Source: Takakia lepidozioides
Taxonomy: Eukaryota > Plantae > Bryophyta
Length of the DNA stretch: 64,000 nt
NCBI GenBank assembly: GCA_030704615.1
Contig: CM060733.1
Location: 52,638,001 to 52,702,000 of the forward strand
Direction of reading: 5' to 3'
Shown here: positions 51,201 to 63,600 of the stretch, in pieces
Position numbering within the stretch: position 1 is the first letter of the stretch
Layout: each line of letters opens with the position of its first letter
The notes under the pieces: model-generated
Told to the model about the DNA's origin: nothing
Databases searched by the model: none
What the model saw: the letters and a program-made list of their open reading frames with translations, nothing else
Made by a program: the position numbers and the translations under genes

Positions 51201-52870
51201 GAGCTAACCTACATCTTTTAATATGCAGATTCAGGGCTGAGCCTGATGAGAGGGCAAAACAGGCTGAAACAGGTCCAAGAAGAAGGTGCCCTCACCAAAA
51301 ATCCACCCAACGAGCTAACTTACATGATTCACTATGCAAATTCAGGGCTGAGCCTGATGAGAGGGCAAAACAGGCTTAAACAGGTCCAAGAAGAAGGTGC
51401 CCTCACCACAAATCCACCCAACGAGCTAACTTACATGATTCACTATGCAAATTCAGGGCTGAGCCTGATGAGAGGGCAAAACAGGCTGAAACAGGTCCAA
51501 GAAGAAGGTGCCCTCACCACAAATCCACCCAACAAACTAACCTACAGATCATTCAATATGCAAATTCAGGGCTGAGCCTGATGAGAGGGCAAAACAGGCT
51601 GAAACAGGTCCAAGAAGAAGGTGCCCTCACAATAGATCCACCCAACGAGCTAACCTACATCTTTCAATATGCAGATTCAGGGCTGAGCCTGATGAGAGGG
51701 CAAAACATGCTGAAACAGGTCCAAGAAGACGGTGCCCTCACCATAGATCCACCCAACGAGCCAACTTACAGAATTCAATATGCAAATTCAGGGCTGAGCC
51801 TGATGAGAGGGCAAAACATGCTGAAATAGGTCGAAGAAGAAGGTGCGTTCACTACATTTTCTTCGACTTTCTGTCATGACCCATGGAGGATGTAATTGAC
51901 CATGAACCCAAGATGACCTCTTGTGTGTGCTACTTGTGTCTGTAGTCACGTAATGACGGATTGGTCTGTGAGAACCACCACGGAGCAGCTGAGCGGGCAG
52001 AGATTGAAACACGGCATGCTAAGACCGAGCTGACTCTCCCAAGAACCTTGTAAACATCAGGAAGAATACCAAATCATGGTACTAACAGGAGGCAAGAGCC
52101 CGCATTTGCAGGATGGACAAACTTCTTCACATCGTACCTTAAGAAAACGCCACACCTTGCGATTGCAATTGTCCCACCATCATGAAGGATCTTTAAAAAA
52201 AATATGTCGAAGAAGAAGGTGCCCTCAGCACATTGTCCTTGACCTTGTGTCATGACCCATGGAGGATTTGACCTCCCATCAACCCAAAATGACCTCTTTT
52301 GTGTGCCGCTGGTGTTTGTAGTCCGGTAATGTTTGATCTTTGAGAACCACCACGGTGCAGCTGAGCAGGCATAGATTAAAACGGCCTGCTAAGACCAAGC
52401 TGACTCTCCCAAGAACCTTGTAAACATCAGGAAGAATACCATGCCCTGCGGTCGACCATCCACCCACGAACGCGAGAGAAGAGGGGAGAAGAAATGAGAT
52501 GAGAGGAGGGAAAAAAGAAAGCCCGCGGGAAGGAACGCGAACGCAGGAGAGGAGGGGAGAGGAGAGGAGAGGAGGGGAGGGAAAAGAGAACCCCCGCGGG
52601 AGGGAAGGGGAGCAAGATCGCGGGGAGCAAGAAAAAAACATAAACAAAAAGAATGATCGCGCGATTTGATCCCGCGGTGCATCGCGACCCAATCGACGTC
52701 CTTACCACTAGACTACCCCTTAAAATTCAACAACCCCCTCCTGTACTATTATATTTAAGGTGTTTTAAACCCCCCTATGTATGTATAATGTTGTACATGG
52801 GGGGGTTTTAAATACCCCCTCCTGTGCACGCACGTGGCTGGTACATATTGGCTGGAGTGCACCCCCCAGG
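48233..52870 (-). mobile_element. TIR element copy A (family of 56427-59083), one TIR lost, carrying the 111-bp array
   Basis: Ends in AGTGCACCCCCCAGG at 52870. 51850-52870 is inverted-homologous to 56427-57190, and 48233-48450 to 58830-59055. Confidence 0.8.
49135..51847. repeat. 111-bp tandem array, ~24 units, with a 1002-bp (9-unit) higher-order repeat
   Basis: Period is 111 (atg at 49241 and 49352). Diagnostic variants recur 1002 bp apart (e.g. the near-identical ORFs at 49799 and 50801). Confidence 0.95.
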
Positions 52871-54625
52871 ACTTACTCGTATTATCTGTGGTTCTTCCAC
52901 TGTTCCCAGATTCACTTGAATCAATTGGGTTTCTTCCGTTACTGTCTATCCTGCAATCTCCTGTCCGATGGTTGCAATCGTGGCAGGTACTTCACTGATG
53001 TTAATGTCCTCTTCTCTTTCTTGATAAAAACGGGCAAGGTGTTGAGGTGTGTCCATAGCTTCTTCCTCAGGATCTTCCGTTATTGGAGTTCTCGGTTCTC
53101 CTTGGGTGTTCACCATGTGACATCCTACTGTCGTAGTATGTTTGACCACTAATTGACCAATGGGTTTCAACTATGGATGTGCTGCATACACTGTGGCTTC
53201 TTCTTCATCCAACAGTCCATTGGACCAGTCATAGTATTCCACTATGCAAGGTCGTTTCTCTCGTGGAATCGTACCTCGTTGCTTCGTGGTGATAGTGACT
53301 TGTTCTGATCCCTTTCTGATCGTGAGAGTCCGACTTCCCCAATCATGGTGTGATTGGGCTTGTGTTAACCATGGTCGGCCAAGTAGTAGCGAATATCCTT
53401 CTGCCACATCCTCCATTCTGAGAATGGTTACTGATACTTCGTATACCAGTCCTGCTACTTCCATTGCAAGTAGTCTGATGATACCCAACGGCTGTACTTT
53501 TCATTGATCGGCCATCCATATCGTAAATGGAGCAGGTTCCATGTGCCCCAATCCTAGTGATTTCTTCATCCTTTCTGTCATGATATTCATCCCCGATCCT
53601 CCATCGATGAGTACATCCATTACCAGTTTTCATCCAATATGTACTTGTATTACTGGTATTGCTTCGTCGTAGTCTGGAGCTCGTTGTATAATTGTGGGTT
53701 TAATCGTGTAAACCTCTGGTGTTGGTTTTTGTTTTGGTGTAGGGGTCAAAGCCTCATTGTCCAAATTAAAGTTTTCTTGCAGTGTGGAGCAATTTTTAAT
53801 AATTGTCCAATGGTAATTTGGGTCTTGGTCTGGCATATTACTTCAGCCAATGCTATCTCCGTGGTTTCATTTGTGGTCTTCGTCATTGGTCTGATCTGAT
53901 TATGTGGAGTTGGATCTCCAGAAGGTATATCAGTTCCTTCTTGCATTTGAGCTATGGCCTTGCTTACCTCCTTGTGTAAGCTCTTTTATTCCTGCCATGC
54001 TGCACTTTATGGATATTGTTTCCGTTCTTCTTCAAAGTCTTTATCTGGAGGTTTTTGTTTCTTGGCCTGAGTTCGGGTTACCGCAAGGGTATCCACTACA
54101 TGAGTTACCACACTCACGGCTACACTTGGTCCGGCTTCCATATTTCCCAATTCTGCCTGATGCTTGATTCGCAACTGGCATTCATGTTTCCAGTGTCCCT
54201 CTTTCTTGCAATAGTGACATCTCGTGGTTTCCTTTTTTCTGGGTTGATGTTCTCTATCCCGTGGTGGATAGTCATCTCGTGGCCTCTGATAACGATTACC
54301 CATATTGTATCGCCTTGGTCCATCCGATCCTCCCCGTCGGACTTGGACTTGGACTTGGTGTACCCCCACCTTTCGTGTGTACCCACTCTTCTTGGCCCGT
54401 TGATTGTAAATACAATGGCTAGTATTATGATTGTTCATATGACAAATATCACAATATTTGTCTTTTATGTGGCATTTTGTTGCCAGGTGTCCTGCAGTCC
54501 CGCATTTGTGACACCATGTTGCTTTTTGTGGCCCTTCATCTTTAAAATTCTTGATAGCCTTTGCTATCTTATGATCCAAAGTGGTTTTGTCAATCACTTC
54601 TTGAGATGCCAGACTTGTAGTACCT
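52871..54625 (-). mobile_element. Gypsy gag-protease fragment
   Basis: Zinc knuckles CHKCGTAGHLATKC and CHYCKKEGHWKHEC; protease VLIDGGSGMNIM...YSLLLGRPWL. Confidence 0.85.
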
Positions 54626-54859
54626 GAGGATCTGTAATGAGTTCATGAACTGGAAATGAGTTAGAATTCCACGCTAACGCCATGACAGCCGGAAAAGACC
54701 CTACAGTAAAGGAAATGAAAGACAATGGAAAGGCTCACCCATTGTATGTTGTAAATAAAGTCTTCCAAGGTTTCATCATCATTTGCCACCCTTTCAATGT
54801 ATTTTCAATTCTTATATAGCACCACGGGTATTCTGACCACGATTCCACTGCTACAACTA

Positions 54860-55390
54860 GTTATGGTGTCTCGAGCTCCTCATACCGAGCTTTTGTTCGA
54901 CTATGCTGCATACTCGTTCTATTGCTTCAACACGTACAAGCAGATCAGACATGGCAAGAACCCCGACTCTCACGGTTTCATCCAAATTCTAGGAAATAGT
55001 AGCAAAGATGAGTTCGGTTACCACATCGAAAGATGTGATGCAGATAGAGAGATTTTCAGGAGAGAATTTTTCTCTATGGAAATTTCAAATATTGATGATT
55101 CTCCTAAGAGCCAAGAAGCTATGGTCTCTTGTCAGTGGGAAGGATTTGAGAGCAGTGGCCTTGGATACAGATGAGGGATGACAAACTTTGCCAGTATGTT
55201 CTACATACCATCTGACAGGTCGTGCACAAGTATGGGATCAACCAAAATTGATTGAAAGGATTCCCCATCCAAATGATTATTTGTTGTGTGTGTTATCAAG
55301 CCACGACTCCATTTTGCAAAGGGGCACAACATCAAATCTTCGAGTTGGATTCTATTTCATTTCAACGATCGTGAGTTCTGTATCTTGATT
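54860..55390 (+). mobile_element. Copia 5' fragment (degenerate PBS and gag start)
   Basis: tggtgtctcgagc (PBS-like) near 54863. From 55007: MSSVTTSKDVMQIERFSGENFSLWKFQILMILLRAKKLWSLVSG. Confidence 0.65.
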
Positions 55391-55715
55391 TATTTTGCAG
55401 ACAAGTATGACAACCAGCGGCCTTGGAGTTGCTGGATGTAATTTAGTCCCTATGGTAGTATACAACACAACCATTTGAGTTGCATGTTATTAAGATTCCA
55501 ACCATTGTTAGTTTCACTTAATTTATTTGTTATGTGGGTTGTCAAGCAAGCTCCCTAATGCCTTCAATATGGGCGTTTGCTTCAAGAAAAGCCCATTTGC
55601 TATTTTTCCCGAATTTAATTTAAAATCAAGTTGGGGAGTCCATCTTTGCACAAAACCAGATGTAGAGAGGTAAAAGAAATAGTAAATGTCTGACATGCCA
55701 ACGGCCTGAAGACGA

Positions 55716-55790
55716 GTCTGATGAGAGGGCAAAACAGGCTGAAATAGGTCGAAGAAGAAGGTGCCCTCACCACATTGTCCTCGACCTTTA
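55716..55790 (+). repeat. Solitary partial copy of the 111-bp unit
   Basis: ctgatgagagggcaaaacaggctgaaataggtcgaagaagaaggtgccctcaccac. Confidence 0.85.
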
Positions 55791-56949
55791 TAAACTCATG
55801 GCTGTGTGTCTAACCCTCACCTTGGTGGAGCTGATCGAACAGAGAGACGACAAGAATATCTCCCATTCCCACCTTTAGAGAAATTCATCCCAACGGCAGA
55901 AGAAGACATTACCTGCATTCAACATGCTGATTTTGGGTGCTGTGATAGCACTGAACTAGTTCGAGCTGAAGGATACTTGGTCCATGTCTGTGTTCTTCCC
56001 ACCCCCACCTTGTTTCACAAGTGAGGACTCGATCCCACCAGCTCCTTCAAACAATTGCACCACAGGCTCAGCCAAAACATGTTTCAATATCGTCACAACA
56101 AGTGCCAAGTCGGAAGCTAACTGATACGGGAGACAGATAAGGCCTCATGATCCTGTCAACTTCAAGCCATCTGCTGAGATTCACTCCTGCGAAGCCAGTC
56201 CAAGTCTGTGGTGTACTGAAATCTCCAGCAGATTATCGCCCTAATTCGCACCCATCGTGTCTACAATTGGCATCCCATGGAAATTACACGAGTTCGGTAT
56301 GTTACCTGTGAATGCTAGAACAAGTGTGATGGAGCCTTCTTCAGCTGAGGAGCAACAACTTCGAGGGCAAATGCGCAATGAGAGAGTAGAATTTATTTTA
56401 ATTGACCCATGGAGGTAAATCATTCCCCTGGGGGGTGCACTCCAGCCAATATGTACTAGCCACGTGCGTGCACAGGAGGGGGTATTTTAAACCCCCCCAT
56501 GTACAACATTATACATAAATAGGGGGATTTAAAACATGTTAAATATAATGTTACAGGAGGAGGTTGTTGAATTGTAAGGGGTAGTCTAGTGGTAAGGACA
56601 TCGTTTAGTCCGCGATGCACGGTGGGATCACATCGCGGTATCCTTTTTTTTGCTCTCTCTTTTCCCTCCTCTCCTCTCATCTCCTCCCATCTCCTCTCCC
56701 CTCCTCTCCCGCGTTCGTGGGTGGGTGGTCGACCGCAGGGCATGGTATTCTTCTTGATGTTTACAAGGTTCTTGGGAGGGTCAGCTTGGTCTTAGCAAGC
56801 CGTGTTTCAATCTCTGCTTGCTCAGCTGCACTGTGGTGGTTCTCAAAGACCAATCCGACATTACCTGACTACAGCCATCAGCAGCACACAGAAGAGATCA
56901 TTTTGGGGTTGATGGGAGGTCAAATCCTCCATGGGTCACAACACAAGGT

Positions 56950-57385
56950 CAAGGACAATGTGGTGAGGGCACCTTCTTCTTCGACCTATTTCAGCCTGTT
57001 TTTCCCTCTCATCACCTTCGGCGCCCCTGAATTTGCAGCACGGAGCAGAGCTGACAAAAGTTTTTTAAAGATCCTTCACGATGGTGGGACAACTGCAGTC
57101 GCAAGGTGTGGTGTTTTCTTAAGGTACAATGTGAAGAAGTTTGTCCATCCTGGAAATGCGGGCTCTTGCCTCCTGTTAGTACCATGATTTGGTATTCTTC
57201 CAGCCCAGGCCAGTCACATTCGTTTGTTTTTGCAATGCGTGTGCGATCCTGGCAGCCCTGGAAAATGAGGAAGAGGTCCATGGTGGCATCATCAAAGCTG
57301 GGATTGTATCAGATGTCAATCTGACCAGTGCCGTGGTGGACATGTATGCCAAATGCGGGTGCATGAAGGATGCATTAAAGGGGGT
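56950..57385 (+). pseudogene. Captured gene fragments: OSB-type PDF-motif-like piece and PLS-class PPR motifs
   Basis: EQS*QKFFKDPSRWWDN (~57043-57095) and QPRPVTFVCFCNACAILAALENEEEVHGGIIKAGIVSDVNLTSAVVDMYAKCGCMKDA. Confidence 0.7.
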
Positions 57386-57620
57386 GTTGGGCAGTATGGC
57401 TTGTCAAATGTGGGTATGTGTAAGATGCAAAGGGAGTGATGGGCAGCTAAGGGGTTGTGTATGCAATGTGGTGTCATGGAGCATAGTGATGGAGCAAAGG
57501 TCGGGTTCCCCCCCTGAGTTTGAATTAAGTCTAGTGCAGAGAGGGTGATTTAGGGGCTGAGCTTTGGCTCAGCCTCAAGATTCAGAAAGTTGGTGCATAG
57601 AGTCCATTCAAATGGAGTAC

Positions 57621-58252
57621 TGTTGGGCAGACATGGAAAAGGGGGAAGAGGTGCATGGTGACATTGTCAAAAGCTGAAATTAATGTACATTATGTCATTC
57701 TGAATAGTGCCCCCTGGTGGACAGGTCTGCCAAATGCGGGTGCATAGAGGATGCAAAGGGAGTGTGGGAAAAACCTGGAAAAGGGGGAAGAGGTCCATGG
57801 TGACATTGTCAAAAGCTGGAATTGTACCTTATGTCATCTGAACAGTGCCCTGGTGGACAGGTCTGCCGAATGCGGGTGCGTAGAGGATGCAAATGGAGTG
57901 TGGGGCAGACTTAGAAAAGGGGGAAGAGGTCCATGGTGACACTGTCAAAAGCTGGAATTGTACCTATATCATTCTGAATAGTGCCATGGTGGACAGGTCT
58001 GCCAAATGCGGGTGCGTAGAGGATGCAAAGGGAGTGTTGGGCAGACCTGGAAAAGGGGGAAGAGGTCCACGGTGACATTGTCAAAAGCTGGAATTGTACC
58101 TTATGTCATCCTGAATAGTGCCCTGGTGGACAGGTCTGCCAAATGCGGGTGCGTAGAGGATGCAAAGGGAGTGTGGGGCAGACCTGGAAAAGGGGGAAGA
58201 GGTCCATGGTGACATTGTCAAAAGCTGGAATTGTTGTACTTTGTGTCATTCT
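57621..58252 (+). repeat. ~137-bp tandem array (~4.5 units) derived from PPR coding sequence
   Basis: gggggaagag recurs at 57641, 57783, 57919, 58055 and 58192; unit translates LEKGEEVHGDIVK..LNSALVDRSAKCGCVEDA. Confidence 0.9.
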
Positions 58253-59091
58253 GAGAGTCCAAATTATCTAGGGAAGGAAAATCACTAAGGGATACATTTC
58301 ACCCTGTTCTTCTCTCTTATCAGAATTGGCCCTAAAATTCCATGTTGAACTCTGCAATTCCCAATGCCCTTTACTACTTAGGCTTTCACTTCCCCAAGCA
58401 ACTTACATCTGTACCAGCCTTGAGTTCAACACATACTCTTAGTGCTCTTTATCATTAAAGTATACAGAATATATTGGCATGGTTCTGTTCACCAGCCATA
58501 GATAAGAGTATACATTGTACCATTTGGTGGTTAATCCAAAGATAACATTATACATCTGAAAACCCCAGACTCTTGGAGATAAGATGTCTTGAACAATACA
58601 TTCTGATTCAGAACTGAAACCATCGTACTATTTAGTATTTAATCAACATGGTAGGTAGCTTAAAAACTACTCTATAAGCTGGCTCAACTTATTAGTATTA
58701 TGGAAGATATGTGGTGTTGGTGAAAAACACAATTACAATGAGCGGAAAGTCTTTGACAATCTTATCAAGGGCAAATAGATATATTTTTAATTAATTTATT
58801 GGATTTTATTCTGTTTTTTAATGAATAAACTTGATATAATATAAAAACATACATATACATATTTGAGGGTATTTTTTAATGATTGAAAAGGAGAATATAC
58901 ATATAGAGGGGTTTTTTTTTTAAATTATAAATTTTTGTATATGTACAGGAGAGGGTTTTATAATCCTCAAAAAATATGTACAGAGGGGATATAAATTATC
59001 CGAGGACCCGTATACAGGGGTTTTTTTTATTAGTCGGCGAATGCACGTGATACGCACATTTTATAAAAAGTGCACCCCCCAGGATCATTCC

Positions 59092-59475
59092 ACCCTTCTT
59101 TTTGTTCAAGAACACAAGCTGGATCAAGCTAAGATAGACTCACTGTGGGGCTCCACTTGGCCCGCTGCCAATTAATGCCTTTTGGAACCCCACAATAGTT
59201 GAGCTAGATGGGGTAATACTCCAATTTTGGTCTCCCCAATATCGTTGGGTTAGAATATTCTCTCCAATGAAGTGTGGGTTCAAGATCGTGTGCAGTTTCT
59301 TACCTTCAGCTTGGGCCAAACTCTTGGTCATGTGGGTCTATTGAATATTTATGCCCCGATTGATGAAGAGGAAAAGGGTTGCCCTCTGGGACCTCATAAG
59401 GAATAAACTACTCCTGTATTTGAACATTCAGCACTGGCTCATAGGGGTTGACTTTAACATGGTGAGGAGGAGGCT
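59092..59475 (+). mobile_element. LINE endonuclease fragment
   Basis: FVQEHKL, LLNIYAP, HWLIGVDFNMV. Confidence 0.6.
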
Positions 59476-59479
59476 GACC

Positions 59480-62256
59480 GCTTGGGTCTTGACTTCCTGT
59501 CTACCCACAAGTACCGTGAGGGAGAAAACATCCAATCCTTTTATGCTGAATTGAAGAAACAAGCCACACTTGCCACGGAGAACAATGGTGTGTATGGGGA
59601 TCATACTTTAAGACAACATTTCATTCATGGCTTGCCAAAGGAATGGCAGAAGGAAGTCAGCTCTCGTAATTTTTCCAGTGATGAAGGTATGTTACAATAC
59701 CTAGAGCGCATCATGGACTTAAGTGACTTGCAAAGTTGAGGGGGAGGGGGTTGGTACCGTGTGAGCACAATGTGAGCATAAATGGCGTGAGCATACAAAA
59801 ATCGCCGTGTGAGCAGGATCCACGGTTATAAGGGTGATATGTATGTCACCGGAATACATATAAGAGACGGATATAGGGTCTTTATGCTTTAATAGGGTCT
59901 CCATGGTGTCTAAATATAATGTTAAACGTATAGAAGGAGCTTGAAAGGGAGAAACCTTTAAAAAAAAAAAAAACCAAAACCAAACCCCAATTCCGCCGAA
60001 AAAACAAAGTTTCGCTGGCGAAACTAAGTTTCGTTGGCAAAAACCGTTTGCGTTTAGCTGGCAAAACGTTTTTTTAGGTGGTTTTTGCCACATTGTTTAC
60101 GTGCGCTGATCTTTGAGTGCTGGCAGATATATTTATGGGTCTTTGTGCTCACGTGAGTTAAAGCTTGGGACGATTAATTTCATGAGTTTTTTGGCGTGAG
60201 CACGGTTTTCAGATAGTTTCGTATTTCTTACCGCGTGAGCGCAATTTGGTTTCGAATTCGCACATTCTCCAAAATCTTTTGGAATATTTGGAATATGCCT
60301 TTGTGCTCATGCCCGCTGGCGTGAGTCTGCTCACGTGCTACCCAACCTCGTCGAGGGCAGCCACCTAATTAATTCACATTATTTAGACCTTGATGTCGTT
60401 CCAGCAACGTGTGTACCTGCTAACCAGGGGGTAAAGGGGACCATTGAGAGAGTTGAGGGCTTTGAAGACAGATTTGGATGGACAAATGTTCTGAGCACAT
60501 ACTCAACCAAAGGGCTGAACCCCATTGGAGAGCTCAGGAGACCAACATGGGGGATGTTGTACCAGCTGCACCTGCTGTACCCTCCCAAGGGGTTGCTCTT
60601 CCTAGAGAGGGCGCCAGACCAGCCACTGGTATGGGATCCAGGTACAAAAAGAGGTGGCCCTGTGGAATTTGTCTTTCGGAGGACCACGCCATCAATTACT
60701 GTGACCACAAGGATGAAGCTTGTGAATATGTGAAAGGGCTCAGGGCCAAGGGGCCAGCCATTGCATCCTTTAAACTAACAAGGCCCCAAGAACAGCAGGT
60801 CTCAAAGGGGCCTCACAAGCAGAACCATTCAACATACCCCTTTGGGGAAGGACGCTGCCAGGCAGATGGTTGGTAAAGCACTCATGTCCAAGGACTTTAA
60901 AATATTCAAATATTGCATGTGCACCAAGGAGGCCAAGAACATTATGGTTCAGCCTTGGATGGCTGGTTGTACAATCAATGGCATCTCACATTCTTGTATC
61001 ATTGACACGGGCTGCATGCGAGTCACTGCTGTACCATACTCCCTAGTCAAACTCATGGGTAGCAGGTTGATTAGTGCTAACGGCATGTCTATTACCATTG
61101 CTGATGGCTCAACATCTTATTCACCTTGGGTCTGGTCAAAGCCACCATCGCCATAAGAGGGTGCAAAGCTGATGTCTTGGGAATTGTGATCAGCTATGGT
61201 GACAAGCTGCTCCTTGGTTTAGACTGGTTGCAACCAACTGGAGCCATGCTAGATGTGCAAAGGAGACTGATTTTGCTGAAAGGAAGGGATCATGAAGGGC
61301 TGCAGGTGCCCATTCGTAAGGTGACCTTACAAGGTGGCTCTGAAGCATATGACTTTGCAACATGAACCAGCCGTGCAGCAAATTGCTCAAGGGGCTGAAA
61401 GCACTTACAACTAAAGGCAATTTTATGCCTTTCAGCCAGATAAGCAAGTTCTATTCAGCTGGCACATACCAGCCATGGATAAGGCAGGTGAATCACCCCT
61501 GAATCACCCAAGGCATGGCCATCCAATTCTTTTTGGCTTAGGGCTGCTCATGACTTTCGAATTCCAGAGTTGACCCAAATCGTGCATGCTAGCTCAATGA
61601 CACTTTGCTGTCCCAAGGGACATTTCCTGGAGGTCATGCTATGGAGAAAGTTGGCTGAAAGTAAACAATATCTCGTTGCTAATGGCATCATAGACATGCC
61701 CTATCGAGGGGAGATAACAGTGATCTTGGTTGCTAAACTCGAGTGAGCAAATCCTGTGATGATTCGTAAGGGATAGGTTTTGGCCAAGATTGTGGCCACC
61801 CAGATCGAAGATGTTGCCAACAACACGACATCCCTTAGCTACCATGATGTGGACTTGGAACCGCCTGTCCATGAGTATTTCAACAACGATTTTCAACTCA
61901 GCCGGGTGCTGGAGTACTCCAAGCTCAGGACAGTTGCAAACTCGCTCTGAAGAATCAGCTTGATGTCTTCAGCTTAGGGTCCATAGACCTGGGCATAACT
62001 ACTATACTTGAACATGACATTGTTGTAGATGACAATCCAGTGAAACAACATCCATATCGAGAAAGTCCTAAAGAAAGAGAGATTGTCAAAAAAGAGGTTG
62101 CCCGCATGTTGGATGCTAGTGTCATTCATCCATCTATTTCTGTATGGGCTAGCCGGCCTGTTGTCTTGGTGGAAAAGAAGGATCACACAACCAAATTCTG
62201 TGCGGATTTTTGGCGGTTGAGTATAACCAAGAAGGATACCTACCCAATTCTTCAGA
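59480..62256 (+). mobile_element. Degenerate Gypsy gag-protease-RT(5') with an internal insertion at ~59738-60349
   Basis: Gag (QHFIHGLP, CGICLSEDHAINYC), protease IIDTGC..LLLGLDWL, and RT start KQHPYR..SVWASRPVVLVEKKD..FCADF. Confidence 0.8.
59738..60349. mobile_element. MITE-like insertion in Gypsy gag
   Basis: Imperfect TIRs (ggttggtaccgtgtgagc and gctcacgtgctacccaacc) and many gtgagc/gctcac subterminal motifs; TSD unclear. Confidence 0.55.
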
Positions 62257-63600
62257 TTGTCGTGCGCATACATATCGCTACACAACTACATCGCTGTCCA
62301 AAACCACACAACACATGTGCACACCATACACTAGTATACCACTAGTCCAACCACTAGTCCAACCACTAGGCTGCCACTAGTAAGTCACTAGGTTGCCACT
62401 ATGCTGCCCACTATGGCAGTCACTAGTCCACCACAATGATAAACAAGAAGAATACAAGCACAAGCTCATGCGAGCTCACAAAGCTGAAGCATAAACTCAT
62501 GCATATATAAACTCATCACTCAAATACAAGTCAAGCCAAGTGCACCCTACGCCATGGGGAATCCACACTACGGCGCCATAGCTAGGCGCGGTGAGGCTCA
62601 ACTCGAGAAAGATGAGCCTCCCGTGCTTGCCGTGAAGATAACCACTCCAGGGCCGAAATCTGCTTTGATCTTTGGATTGACACTTGGGCCAATCCCAAAT
62701 GTCAATATATAAAAGCTAGCTATTTCCTAGCTAGTTTCACACTAGTGGTGAAATAACTTGAAAGGATTGATGACACCCTTGACCAGCTGAATGGATCCAC
62801 TGTATTTGCTTGGGTTTTTCTTCATTATCAGAGTCTTCTTCTTCCAAGGGATCCTTGAAATCTTTACTTCTGCTTTGATGGAATCCCAATTCCAATTTCT
62901 TTGCAGTTCCTACTGCTTCAGCCAAAGTGCTGTTAGACATGACTGTAACCATGGTTACATATTCAGGACGAAGTCTGTTGATGAACCATGACTTTTGCAA
63001 GTCGTCACCTGGTGCTTCTCACATGTCATTTTTTTTTTAGAGCGACAATCTTGCTTGAAGATCACATTTCCCCCCCCATTCTCCAACATCACTTTTGAAC
63101 GATTGTATGATATGACCTTCTTGCTTGAAATTTGAACCTCACTACTACTACTACTGTCACTCTCTGATTCAGACTTCTTGGTAGGTGCAAAATCCATACC
63201 CTTGCTTTCATGCATCTTTACCTTAACTTTTGTCTCAGGACTACAGTTCTCAATTTTTACTGTTGCCAAGAGTGGAGGAGGCCGTGCGATTGCCAGGAGT
63301 GGAGGTGTTGGCAGAGGTCCTGTCCTTGCATATCCATCGGGATCCTTCAGTCCTGGTGGTGATGTAATACCCGAGATTGGGGTGAAAGCCAACCCAATGT
63401 TCTCGACTCCTTCAGCAGAGGCTGCTGTGGCGGTGTTCAATGGGAGGTTGTGCCCAGAAGTATTCGAAAGCATGCCATGACCTGCACATAAGAGAATGGT
63501 GGTCACATCAGAATTTCGGCCGCGTTCCCTATGTTGTACAGCCAATCCTAAATCCACCTTCAATTTGAAATACTATGTATGAGCTTCTTTCAGATTAATG
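62257..63600 (-). mobile_element. LTR-like segment with ccactag repeats, followed by a minus-strand gag remnant
   Basis: Starts near tgtcg where the upstream RT breaks off; KSWFINRLRPEY...STLAEAVGTAKKLE is gag-like. Confidence 0.5.

Larger units (their letters stand above)
56427..59083 (+). mobile_element. Complete non-autonomous Pack-type TIR element (copy B) carrying PDF-motif/PPR gene fragments
   Basis: 15-bp TIR CCTGGGGGGTGCACT at both ends, perfect 8-bp TSD ATCATTCC (56419-56426 and 59084-59091), and no transposase recognised. Confidence 0.9.

Noticed and set aside
49135-51847. Tandem hammerhead ribozymes (retrozyme-like): each unit has CTGATGAG...GAAACAGGTC
   Set aside because: The core words are present in the right order, but stem II (GAGGGCAAAACAGGCT) does not pair beyond one G-U and stem I cannot form (GAGC against CAAG). 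AGCCTG/CAGGCT would also sequester the CUG. The unit is better explained as amplified cargo. An in vitro cleavage assay would settle it.
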